Shown: positions 25,101 to 34,966 of the stretch, one piece after another
Layout of the letters: each line of letters starts with the position of its first letter
Numbering within the stretch: position 1 is the first letter of the stretch
Assembly: GCF_020745735.1 (NCBI RefSeq)
Contig: NC_083412.1
Location: forward strand, 58,432,320-58,496,319
DNA length: 64,000 nt
DNA from: Hemiscyllium ocellatum
Taxonomy: Eukaryota
Direction of reading: 5' to 3'
Notes under the pieces: model-generated
Told to the model about the DNA's origin: nothing
The model's database searches: none
What the model saw: the letters and a program-made list of their open reading frames with translations, nothing else
Made by a program: the position numbers and the translations under genes

Positions 25101-28100
25101 CGAGATTTCAGTGAAGTTCGAGATGTTTGTGGAAACTCTTCTGGTTAATTATTTAATTGCTCATCGCTATTCATGACATGGTTTCGAAGAACTGAAGACA
25201 TTGTGGTCTGATTGTTGTTTCTGGTATTGCTTCAATCAGTCTAGGGCATGCTCTTGATCATGCATTTGCAGGTTTCACAGGCTGACACCTAATTTTTGGG
25301 CACATTTGGTGCTGCTCCTGGTACAATTTCTATATCATTGAAGTAGGGTTGATCCTCCAGTTTGATCATAACAATAGAGTGAGGGATATTCAGGTCACAA
25401 TGTCACACATTTTATTTGCATATAATTCTTCAGATCCTGTCTCTCCAAAATGCAGAGTTTTGAGCTGCTAGATGTATTCGGAATCTCTCCTATTCAGAAC
25501 ATTTGTAGTGGCACACTATACAAATGAGTCTAATTTCAGTATCAATATGAAAATGGTAGATAAAGGAACAATGGTGACCTGATTTTGCTGAATTACTTGC
25601 TAGAAGGGTATTATGAGTGAACCAAGTTACTATGCATCTGGAGTCAGATGGAGGCCAGACCAGATAAAGAGGGCAGATTTCCTTCCCTAAAGAACATGAG
25701 GGAACCAGAGAGTTCCACAGTTTTGATGCTGGCATTTTCTATTCATGCACTCCTGAAGCGTGCTCAAATCTAGGTAATTCTTTCTAACCATACCTTGGTT
25801 TAGGGTCTGAACAATGTGAACTGGGGCACGATTTGTAACAGAATCACATGAGACACCCAACGTGGCCCATCTCAGTATCAGGAGAATCTTCCATCTTCTT
25901 TTATGCCTTTCATGATGGGTGTGAGGAGTTTTTCACTAAGCAGTAGTAAGTTGCTAATTAATAAAGTTCAATGCTGATTAAACACCTCATTAATAATTAG
26001 CTATCTCTATGACCTAACCATCCAAGCTCAAGTATTCTCGGCATGGAAATCACAGCAGGTATCTGGGGACTTCAGCTTGCTGCTTAGTCCATGCCAGATA
26101 CTGAGTACCAATATCTTAGGGTATGCTGCATAAGCACCAGCCACCTACGTCCCACAGACATTGGCATCCAACATGTACCAGCCTCTAAGAACACTCATGT
26201 CATATCTCTGATCCAGTTACATCATGCTACTGGGTTTCAATGTTGTACCTTGGACAATTGTGGCAACTCTCATTGTAATGTTGTAGCAAGGCCACTGTGC
26301 ATTCAGGGACACACACAAAGCTCATGGACTGGATTGGGCTGAGAGGCTTTTCACTCACTGTCATAGCACTCACTTACAATGAGCCTACCTGGATACTCAC
26401 TGCATCCTTGCCTTGCTTTATGTGCTCGGTGCCTTCAGCCAGAGATAACAGCCTCACCTTACTTCTGGCCTGCCAGACACAAACACAGGAAGCTCGACAT
26501 GATTATCAGCAGGCCTCAGTCAAGTCAAGGGAGATAGTCTTTGGTCAGGGGACCCTGGCATAGTCAGTTTAGAGCAGTCTCAAATACCAGCCCAGAGGCT
26601 TGACCACAGTCAGTCAGTCACATGAGGATGTCAGAACTAGAAAGCTTTATACATATGGGGTGGAGCTGAATGTCAGACAGCTCATCAGCAGTCTTGTCTC
26701 ATTCTGAGTCTCTGGTGGCTGTTTTCCTCCTAGGATGAGAAAGATGCATGAAAGTGGTGGCACAGACATTGCTTTCCATCTAATTGAGGAGGTGTCCCCT
26801 GCAAGTGAATAAGCAGCACAGAGGGTATGTAGGGTTCATGCAAGGGTTTTGGGTGGGAAACAGTGAGTGAGGCAAGATGTTGCAGGCAATAGTGAGAGCA
26901 GCAGAGGTAGGCACAGTAACATAGATAGAGGAAGTGTAAGGTATTGAAGAAAATATTGTGATACTTATGCTGGGAATTTCCCCAGACAGCTGAGACTGCT
27001 TTAACCCAGGTGCCAACCTAAGACAAAACTGGCATGGTATGATGCCATACATGTATTGCTTGGCCTGGGATAAGAAAAAGTCCTGCTTTACATTCCCCTA
27101 TCCAATAGGACATACAGATCCCCGCCTGCTAAAACGGGACTTGAATTTCCCCCGTCTGCCATGTCCTGGGTAATTGTCAGGAATTGTGTCGGGGAACTGT
27201 GGATTGGTAGTGTTTCTCCAGAAGTAAAACTGACATTTAGAAATGGCATTGACACAAGGGATGCCAGTAACTTCGAGGATATCCCAACAAATAGTGGGAT
27301 GTTCCAGGAACAGCTCGTGGTAAGATGGAAATGGAATCAGACATGAGAGACATCAAAGGGGAAGGATAGGCAGTTGATGAGGTAACTGGTGAGATAGGGT
27401 GAGAAAAGTCACTAGGCCTCACGAAGAAAAACCCACTAAAAATAGCCACAACTCGCACTTATCCAAGAAAACAAGGTTTAGCTCTTTGTCTCTGGCCCTG
27501 CCTCAGACTTCAGCACCTCCAAGCTGAATTATTTCAATGCTTTGCTTGTTGTCCTTCAAACCTCCACCCTTCATACACATCAACTGATTCAACAACCCTG
27601 TTGATATTTATAATTAATACTCATATATCAAAATTTAGAATAATACCTATCCTCAGAACTGCAAGTGATTGTACAGTAAGATATAGGAGATATAGGAGTT
27701 TGATTAGTTCATACTTGGAGGTAAGTGCAATTTTGGTTTCTTCATCTAATATGGGATGTGATCTCAAAGAAACCTACAAAATGCCTAAAGGGATGGACAG
27801 ATTAGCTGCAGCTAAGACATTTCCCTTGGTTAGTGAGTCCAGACACAGGGGACACAATTTAAAGTAAGGGGGATGCTATTTGCAGTAGAGATGAGGAGAA
27901 TGTTTCTTCTTACCCAGAGGATGGCGAATATTTAGAAATTTCTATTGCAGAGTTTCGTGGAAGCACAGTCATTTAGTAGAGTAGAGGTTGATAAGGTTTT
28001 TTTGTCATTGTTATGGAGATACTGTGAATAAAAGGCATTGAAGTGCCTGACCAACCATGATTGTCCTGAATGGCAGAATAGGCTTGGTATTATACTGAGT

Positions 28101-31100
28101 GGCCTACTCCTGGTTATGTGTTCCTATTTTATTATGTGGTGTTATGTAAGTGGTAAGAATCAGACTGACTATCCACTGATTTTTAACAATGAGACAATAG
28201 ACTCTTGAGGAATACAGTGACTGTGGATTGCAAACAGTTATTTACCTCGCTTATCTCCTCAGTTCACTGTTTCACATCTTCCCTCCACACTAAATTATTG
28301 CAATATTTTATCACTCTGCCTGCACTAACCATATTATTTTCTGCTTTTCTGTTTTAAGATTGGATCAAGTAGTTGTACAAAAATAACCAATTTATTGAGA
28401 AAGGTAAAATAAGGTATTTATAAATTGTTACGGATCTGCCCACATGCCATACTGCTGATCATTCATTTCACCCATACTGAACATCATTTTATTTATCATT
28501 TTAACTAGGCTCCACTTGGTAGACATTCATGCACAGTATATCCAAAATGGATGGCTGTAAATTGTTAAGGGCACTGTTAATTCTGAACCTGTAAAGGAAG
28601 CCTGTGCTAGAGATGATTTAATGTGTTTATACGTCAGTGAAAGGTTGAGAGAAGAAGCTGAAATTATTAGAGAACACAGGCTCATGCTCACCTCTAGACC
28701 ACAGGGAGGCAAGAAAGAAGTTTTGTAGGGACTTATCAGACATTGAACTTTGTAGCAGTTTCGCACAACTGAAGACTTGCTAGAACATTTCAGAGGGCAG
28801 TTATGAGTCGATTACTTTGCTGTAACTCTAACTACACAATTTTCAACATCATTTAGACTTGTCAGGTACTGAAGCAATTCTAGTCCATGGGCAACATTCA
28901 GACTTGGGCTGATAAGTGACAATAAAATTCACACCATCCAAGATCCAGGAAATCTCCAACAAGAGCAAATCTAACAATCTCCCTTTAATATTCAATGGCA
29001 TTACCAACACTGAATACTCCACTTTCAACGTCCTGCAGTTACCAATGACCAGAAACTCAATTCTTCAGCCAGACAAATGCTTGGGCGACAAGAGCAGATG
29101 AAGACTAAGTATTATACAGTGAATAACTCACCTCCTGACTCCCCAGTGCTTGTCCACCATGTATCACTCACAAGCGAAGAGTGTGGTGGAATGTCTCCAC
29201 TCGCCTGGACTTATCATATTATTTTGTGCTTTCTTGTTTTTAAAATCGCATGAAGCATGAGCAATTGCACAAAAACTGCTAATTTATTGAGAAAAGCAGA
29301 ATAAGCAATTTATAAACTAATACAGACCTTTCCCCCATGCCATAGTGCTAAGAGCAGTTCCAACAACACTCAAGAATCTTGATACCATCCAGGACAAAGC
29401 AGTGTATCTTGATTGGCACACTATTCACCACCTCAAACATTGACCTCTTCCACCACTGATGTTCAGTGACCATGTACCAGATGCACTGCAGTAATTCACC
29501 AAACTAGGCTCCTTTGATAGCATCATCAAAACCTGTACTACTTTGAAGAACAGGGCAGTAGATGCATGGGAACACCACCAACCATAATTTCTACTCCAAC
29601 CAATACAACTTCCTAATTTATATCTTGCATTTTTTTGGCTGTGTCAATTTTGTGGAATTTCATGGAGAGTTTCTCTCCATGACGCCTGTCAATTTTCTTG
29701 TGCTATTGTCCTAAGGTCAGCTCATTAACCACTGAGTCCACCCTTACATCGCTCCTCTCCAAAGTTAGTCTGATTCCGTCAATTGCCATGGCTGAAAGAT
29801 CTTCCACTGCCTGGAATTGCTGTAATGGGCTGGCCTCTCCATTGCTGGCATAATTTTTATAAGACCATTGTGTATCTAACAAGCACAGTCAGCCCAGAGG
29901 TGCCCTGCACAGTTTGTTACACTTGGTCTGGACAGGGCAGAATTGAAGAGTTTGGAACCCCACTTTGCAAACTGGCACCTAACGCAGGATGCTGCAACAC
30001 ACCACTTTGTCAGAGATTCTGTTCACTCTGAGAGCTGGCTCTGAGGGAGCTGGTATCAGTATCAAGGACTCTCCACATGTAAATAAAGAGTGCCAGTATA
30101 TATCAGCTTCTGTAAAGTTATATTAGTTTCCTTCTTCCATTCCAAATCAGAGATCTGATACTCTGCTCCTCATCATACACATTTAGTCAGTTTTTGTAAT
30201 TCCCTGTAGCCTTTCCTGCTCTTCCTGCTATCATGACTTTGTTCTACTCATTAATTCCTTCTGGCAAATATGCCAGCCCAGTAGTTTATCTTTGTGATGA
30301 ATGCCCTCATCTGGATCTTCACTACCACTGGGTTCACCCTCAGTTAGCCCAGTATCAATTCCATATTGATTGGGAAATTCAACCCAACACATCATCTCCA
30401 CACTATCCCAGATCAAATGGAAAGGCTGAGATGACACTGAAAGTTAATAAAAGTATCATGAATAAATCAAATAAATCCCACAAAGATGCAAGACAGTCCC
30501 CGAGTAGAGAAAAACGCAGTTTAAAGCCATGGAAAGTACAAAGACTGATACCACACTGTGTACACATGACTCTTCCAATAGCAAAATAAGTCACTGAAGT
30601 AATAAGTGAGTGAAAAATATCAAGCTGAAACTGCAGAAAGCCAAATTTCATTTCAATAAGCCTGTCAAGCTATTACCAAAATAAAGTATGAGAGCCCATC
30701 AGAATACAAATATTCAATGTGCTCAGCAATAACAAAAATAGCCAGTCCAAATTGCAACTTGAGACCTGCATGGAGTGGTTGCCACCTCAATAGTATGCAA
30801 TGGAAGTGAATGACCAGATATATCATCGTAATTGCAGTTACATCCACCCAACTGCAGAAGCTGTTCCCCAACTGCTAGGGACAGATCAGGAGGAATTGGA
30901 TGTGTTATTTACACACAATGCACCAGACCAGAGGTTCACAGGGACACAACAGAAATAGAGCAACAATGACAACACAGCGACAGCAAATAACTTAGAAACG
31001 TCCCTCTCTGACAAAACACTATCAGCTGGATGAACAGCCAACAACAACTAGCAGACCTACCAGGAAGACATCAGCACAGATTAGGGATTATGTGTGCAAT

Positions 31101-33338
31101 GCATGCACAGATTGATGGGAATATTGAACTGAGAAGGCAAGAGAACTATAGTGAATACATAGATCTTTGGTATCTTTGGTCAGTGCATTGAATATAAGAG
31201 TTGGGAGGTCACGTTGCAGCTGAACCGGACATTGGTTTGGCCACTTTTGGAATACTGCATGCAATTCTGGTCTCCCTGCAATAATAAGGGTGTTGTGAAA
31301 TGTGAAAGGGTTCAGAAAAGATTCACAAGAATGTTGCTCGGGTTGGAGGATTTGAGCTGTAGGGAGCGGTTGAATAGGCTAGGGTGATTTTCCCTGGAGC
31401 GTCGAAGGCTGAGGGATGACCTTATAGAGGTTTATAAAATCTTGAGGGCCATGGATGGGATAAACAGGCAAGGTTTTTTTCCCTGGGTGGGGGTGTCCAA
31501 AACTAGAGGCCATAGGTTTAAAATGAGAGGGAAAATATTTAAAGGGGTTTTAGGGGGCAACTTTTTCACGCAGAGGAGCATTTATGGAATGAGCTGTCAG
31601 AGGAAGTGGTGGAGGCTGGTACAATTACAGCATTTAAAAGGCATCTGGATGGGTATATGAATAGGAAGGGTTTAGAAGGATATGGGCCAAATGCTGGCAA
31701 ATAGGACTAGATTAGTTTAGGATATCTGGTCAGCATGGACAGGTTGGACTGAAGGGTCTGCTTCTGTGCTGTACATCTCTATGACGCTATCTGAGGGAAT
31801 CACATGATATGGCAGAAAGGCAGAAAAGTGGATCAGCTATGGTATTATTGAATGGTGGAACAGCTTCAACAGTGCATTTGTCCAACCTTAAATCCTATTC
31901 CTTGCACATGCAAAGTGCCAGAGACCCGAATGGTGTGATGCAGCCATCACCCCAGAAAAGTACCGTTCAGCAGAGCAGAGAAGGCAAGGGGTGGTGAGGG
32001 GCGCGGTGGAGTGAAGTGTGGTGTCAGAAGACAAAGAGACTGTTGGTGCTCCGAGACTCTACATGGGAGTGTATGGTAGATGTACACAAAGCCAAACTGA
32101 CCTAGTTTAGGTAATTTGGTAAATGTCACAGACAGACAGCTGAACATTTTATATTCTATAACAAACAAACAATGCTATGTAGGAATTAGTTGCTTATATC
32201 TGTCAAGAGGCACCCTTTGATCATCTCTGCACAAATGTCAGCACTTTTAGATTAGATTCCCTACACTGTGGAAACAGGTCCTTTGGCCCAACCAGTCCAC
32301 ACCAACTCTCCAAAGAGTAACCCACCCAGACCCATTTCCCTCTGACTAATGCACCTAACAGTATGGGCAATTTTTAGAATGGCCAATTCACCTAACCTGC
32401 ACATCTTTGGACTGAGAGGAAACACACGCAAATATGGGGAGAATGTGCAAACTCCACACAGACAGTCACCCAAGGCTGGAACTGAACCTGGGACCCTGGT
32501 GCTGTGAGACAGCAGTCCTAACCACTGAGCCACCATGCCACCCATATTTATAATACCTACCTTTTATGTCCTCAACATTTAAAGCTGTTGAAACAGTTCT
32601 GAATTTTGCCCGTAACTTTGGAGTGAGGGGTTATCTACTTTTCTGTGAATGCAGAACCAAGATTTGTTTTAATCTGTTCTCCAAATAACGAATCTACACT
32701 TAAAACAAAGGTGTTGGAAGGTAGGTGTGTGGTGAGCATATATTGCCCTGTTGGTAATGTTAACAAAAAAGACTTTTGCTGACCTGAGGACAGTTGATGA
32801 ATGGATTTTACTTTGTATCATATTTTGCTGATTTTACTTGTGTGAATAATTTACAACAATGATTTTTTTTTCTTTCCGTCCAATAGTGGACACTGAGATG
32901 GAGGTCCCCATGGAATTTAGAGAACAAATGAAACAATCAAGGCAACCAATCCCAGGACCTAGAAAACACAATGAAGAATACAGTGTACCACGACAAAGGG
33001 CAGAACCCCGAAAACCCAGGGAGGGAGCAGAACGAATGGATGGAGAAGAGAGGGCACAGAGAGCTGCAAGGGCTGAGAGGGCACAGAGAACAGGGAGGGA
33101 AGAGAGAGCGGAGAGGGCACAGAGAGCAGATGATTCACAGAGGGCAGAGAGAGCACAAGGAGCAAAGAGAGCACATAGAGCAGAGAGAGAACAAAGAGGA
33201 GAAAAAGGAGAGAAAATGTATAAAGAGAGGAGACAGAGAGGAGAAAGGACACTGGAAGGTGATAGATTGCAAAGAATAGAACATCCAGAATTAAGAGTAA
33301 ACAGAGGGCCAGTGCCTCTCCCACCACAAAGTCGTTGA
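7069..33338 (+). CDS. CD2: CD2-like T-cell surface antigen, 5 coding exons, 400 aa (join 7069-7129, 8639-8953, 22832-23077, 24727-24855, 32887-33338)
   Basis: Exons splice in frame (61+315+246+129+452 = 1203 nt) with GT-AG phase-1 introns. Motifs shared with mammalian CD2: DDIKW, IARY, NGTL, ESVSKP, TCEV, F-x-CT..N, four C2 cysteines, a GG-containing TM and a Pro-containing tail. The leader/V/C2/TM/tail exon layout matches CD2. Orthology versus CD58/SLAM is inferred by eye. Confidence 0.8.
7472..7785 (-). mobile_element. HE1-like V-SINE, young copy, CD2 intron 1
   Basis: CpG-rich; nearly identical to the copy at 41601. Confidence 0.95.
8639..8953 (+). CDS. CD2: CD2 exon 2, IgV domain
   Basis: Acceptor tttcaatttacag, donor G|GTGAGT; translation contains SVFLH, DDIKWMK, YPNGTL, EGTYHCEIY. 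Confidence 0.9.
9218..9392 (-). mobile_element. 5'-truncated HE1-like SINE
   Basis: 3' half only. Confidence 0.88.
10853..11030. mobile_element. Short PLE-derived hairpin element
   Basis: Inverted arms (gtgtggtgctg..aaaagcacagcagg / cctgctgtgcttttccagtgccacac) around CTGATGAagggcttatgcccGAAA at 10951-10974. Confidence 0.8.
11877..12545 (-). mobile_element. Penelope-like element RT fragment plus terminal sequence
   Basis: Minus-strand translation STLYTSVPHNDG...GTAMGTTF..KYADILMHNFEQ is typical of PLE RT. Confidence 0.8.
14495..14745. mobile_element. PLE-derived hairpin with three hammerhead-like cores, inserted in CR1 with 14-bp TSD
   Basis: tcctattcatatac at 14481-14494 and 14746-14759; near-perfect inverted arms. 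Confidence 0.88.
14624..14651 (+). ncRNA. Minimal type I hammerhead ribozyme-like motif
   Basis: CTGAAGA-a-GGGC tcat GCCC-GAAA-CGTC; palindromic ACGT would need a dimeric fold. Activity is inferred, not shown. Confidence 0.55.
15938..16127 (+). mobile_element. 3' end of a second CR1 family
   Basis: tggaatgccctgccag..., ends in (TTCTATG)n. Confidence 0.8.
20123..20731 (-). mobile_element. CR1 3' fragment inserted in the Gypsy 5' region
   Basis: ORF LYRTLVRPLLEYCVQFWSP; CR1 tail. Confidence 0.92.
20990..21007 (-). promoter_or_regulatory. Primer-binding site of the Gypsy element, tRNA-Pro-like
   Basis: Minus strand TGGGGACTTCTCCAGGAT, 14/18 identical to the tRNA-Pro PBS TGGGGGCTCGTCCGGGAT, 3 nt from the LTR CA end. 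Confidence 0.7.
21011..21636 (-). mobile_element. 5' LTR of the Gypsy element
   Basis: TG at 21011 next to the PBS; homologous along its length to 38621-39233. Confidence 0.75.
22832..23077 (+). CDS. CD2: CD2 exon 3, IgC2 domain
   Basis: Acceptor tttatttctttcag, donor CAG|GTAAAC; ESVSKPVLNFKC..NITCEV..FVCTVSN..IECS. Confidence 0.9.
23836..24070 (-). mobile_element. Solo LTR with TG..CA termini and 5-bp TSD (cctac/cctat), CD2 intron 3
   Basis: Termini and flanks visible; part is homologous to 30017-30125. Confidence 0.75.
24727..24855 (+). CDS. CD2: CD2 exon 4, transmembrane and stop-transfer segment
   Basis: Acceptor tttttatttacag, donor G|GTAAGT; ETEAKSIVNYFLMILAGGISVAIIFIILMIYCILRCCRRKRES. 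Too short for the ORF track; found by reading the sequence. Confidence 0.88.
26400..27170 (-). mobile_element. Possible Harbinger Myb/SANT-like ORF remnant
   Basis: Frameshifted minus-strand translation PRF.GGDLYVLLD resembles the remnant at 385-590. Confidence 0.35.
27745..28115 (+). mobile_element. Old CR1 3' fragment
   Basis: gagtccagacacaggggacacaatttaaagtaaggggg..., degenerate CR1 tail. Confidence 0.7.
28775..29600 (+). mobile_element. CR1/L2-group LINE fragment, interrupted at about 29210-29350
   Basis: ISNKSKSNNLPLIFNGIT; same family as 3265-5440. Confidence 0.75.
30017..31090 (+). mobile_element. Degenerate Gypsy remnant: LTR piece plus integrase
   Basis: LTR-like 30017-30125; ORF with SSPHYPRSNGKAE integrase motif. 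Confidence 0.7.
31168..31790 (+). mobile_element. CR1 3' fragment
   Basis: CR1 ORF2 C-terminus and tail. Confidence 0.9.
32247..32543 (-). mobile_element. HE1-like V-SINE
   Basis: Near full-length copy. Confidence 0.9.
32887..33338 (+). CDS. CD2: CD2 exon 5, cytoplasmic tail
   Basis: Acceptor ttttttttctttccgtccaatag, in frame with exon 4; ends RGPVPLPPQSR-stop. Extra small exons in intron 4 cannot be excluded. Confidence 0.78.
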
Positions 33339-33612
33339 TTCTGACGAACAAAATTGCTTTTGGGAAATAGATTTATAAAGAATTATAGAATAACAATTTA
33401 TAAAGAAAATCATTCCTACAAATAGGAACAGTATCTCCTTAAATTTTGTAAGCCATGCTTGGTCTTTTTGTTACTGTGATGGCATTGCAATTTCTATAGA
33501 TGACTTAAATCAATAATTTATTTATACAACAGTTTAATAATCATTAGTATGCAACTTGATTTAAGATATTTTGAACTGTATTCATAAATATTAAAATTTT
33601 CTGAACAAGAAG

Positions 33613-33618
33613 AATAAA
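33613..33618 (+). promoter_or_regulatory. Candidate polyadenylation signal of CD2
   Basis: AATAAA about 275 nt after the stop codon in an AT-rich 3' UTR. Confidence 0.45.
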
Positions 33619-34233
33619 TGTATATAATTAATTTGAGTTTGCTTTTGCAGAATAGTATTCATCGCAGTCCCAGCTAAAAAAAAATCAAATATTTGACAAT
33701 TACTTCATTTTAATATTTTCTAAGATGGAACAGCAACATGATTTTCATTTTTAAATAAAGAACTGTAGATGCTGGAAAACTGAAACAAAATCAGAGTGAT
33801 GTGGCATCATCTGTGGAAGAGAAAGCAGATTTAATGTTTCAAAACCCTAGTCCAAGAAGGCTCCCTTTCTCCAGCAATTTCTGCTGTTGTTTTACATCTT
33901 TACATCTTTATGCTGCAGCATTAAACAAAGAAGGAATAGGAGTTGGCAACTTGGTCCTTCAAGCCTGCTTTGCATTCAATAAAATCATGGCTGATCTGAT
34001 GTTAACCTTATCTTTACATTCCTGCTAATCCCTGATAATCTTCCACTCTCTTGGTATCAAGATTCTATTTACTTCTGCCTCAAAGATACTTAAAGATTCT
34101 GCAACCACTGCCTTTTGAGAAAAAGAATTCCAGAGATGCACAACCCACTGAGAGAATTTTTTTTCCCCTCCTCTCTGTGTTAAGTGGATGACTTCTTATT
34201 TTTAAACTATGATCCTTGACTCTTATTCTCACA

Positions 34234-34953
34234 GCTGCAAATGTGTTGCTGGTCAAAGCACAGCAGGTTAGGCAGCATCTCAGGAATAGAGAATTCGACG
34301 TTTCGAGCATAAGCCCTTCATCAGGAATAAGAGAGAGAGAGCCAAGCAGGCTGAGATAAAAGGTAGGGAGGAGGGACTAGGGGGAGGGGCGATGGAGGTG
34401 GGATAGGTGGAAGGAGGTCAAGGTGAGGGTGATAGGCCGGAGTGGGGTGGGGGTGGAGAGGTCAGGAAGAGGATTGCAGGTTAGGAGGGCGGTGCTGAGT
34501 TGAGGGAACCGACTGAGACAAGGTGGGGGGAGGGGAAATGAGGAAGCTGGAGAAATCTGAATTCATACCTTGTGGTTGGAGGGTTCCCAGGCGGAAGATG
34601 AGGCGCTCCTCCTCCAGCCGTCGTGTAGTTGTGTTCTGCCGGTGGAGGAGTTCAAGGACCTGCATGTCCTCGGTGGAGTGGGAGGGGGAGTTAAAGTGTT
34701 GAGCCACGGGGTGATTGGGTTGGTTGGTTCGGGCGGCCCAGAGGTGTTCTCTGAAGCGTTCCGCAAGTAAGCGGCCTGTCTCACCAATATAGAGGAGGCC
34801 ACATCGGGTGCAGCGGATGCAATAGATGATGTGTGTGGAGGTACAGGTGAACTTGTGGCGGATATGGAAGGATCCCTTGGGGCCTTGGAGGGAAGCGAGT
34901 GTGGAGGTGTGGGCGCAAGTTTTACATTTCCTGCGGTTGCAGGGGAAGGTGTT
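34234..34953 (-). mobile_element. Young 5'-truncated Penelope-like element (GIY-YIG endonuclease and 3' end) with 13-bp TSD
   Basis: Open frame C..KCKTC...IYCIRCTRCGLLYIGETGRLLAERFREH..HFN; tcttattctcaca at 34221-34233 and 34954-34966. Confidence 0.93.
34293..34328 (-). ncRNA. Minimal type I hammerhead ribozyme-like motif in the PLE terminus
   Basis: Minus strand ATTC-CTGATGA-a-GGGC ttat GCTC-GAAA-CGTC-GAAT: 4-bp stem I, stem II, GTC cleavage triplet. Confidence 0.6.
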
Positions 34954-34966
34954 TCTTATTCTCACA

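Noticed and set aside
32959-33351. 130-aa hydrophobic antisense ORF and 102-aa alternative + frame over CD2 exon 5
   Set aside because: By-products of the purine-rich repeat, which lacks stop codons; only the 32859 frame splices in phase with exon 4
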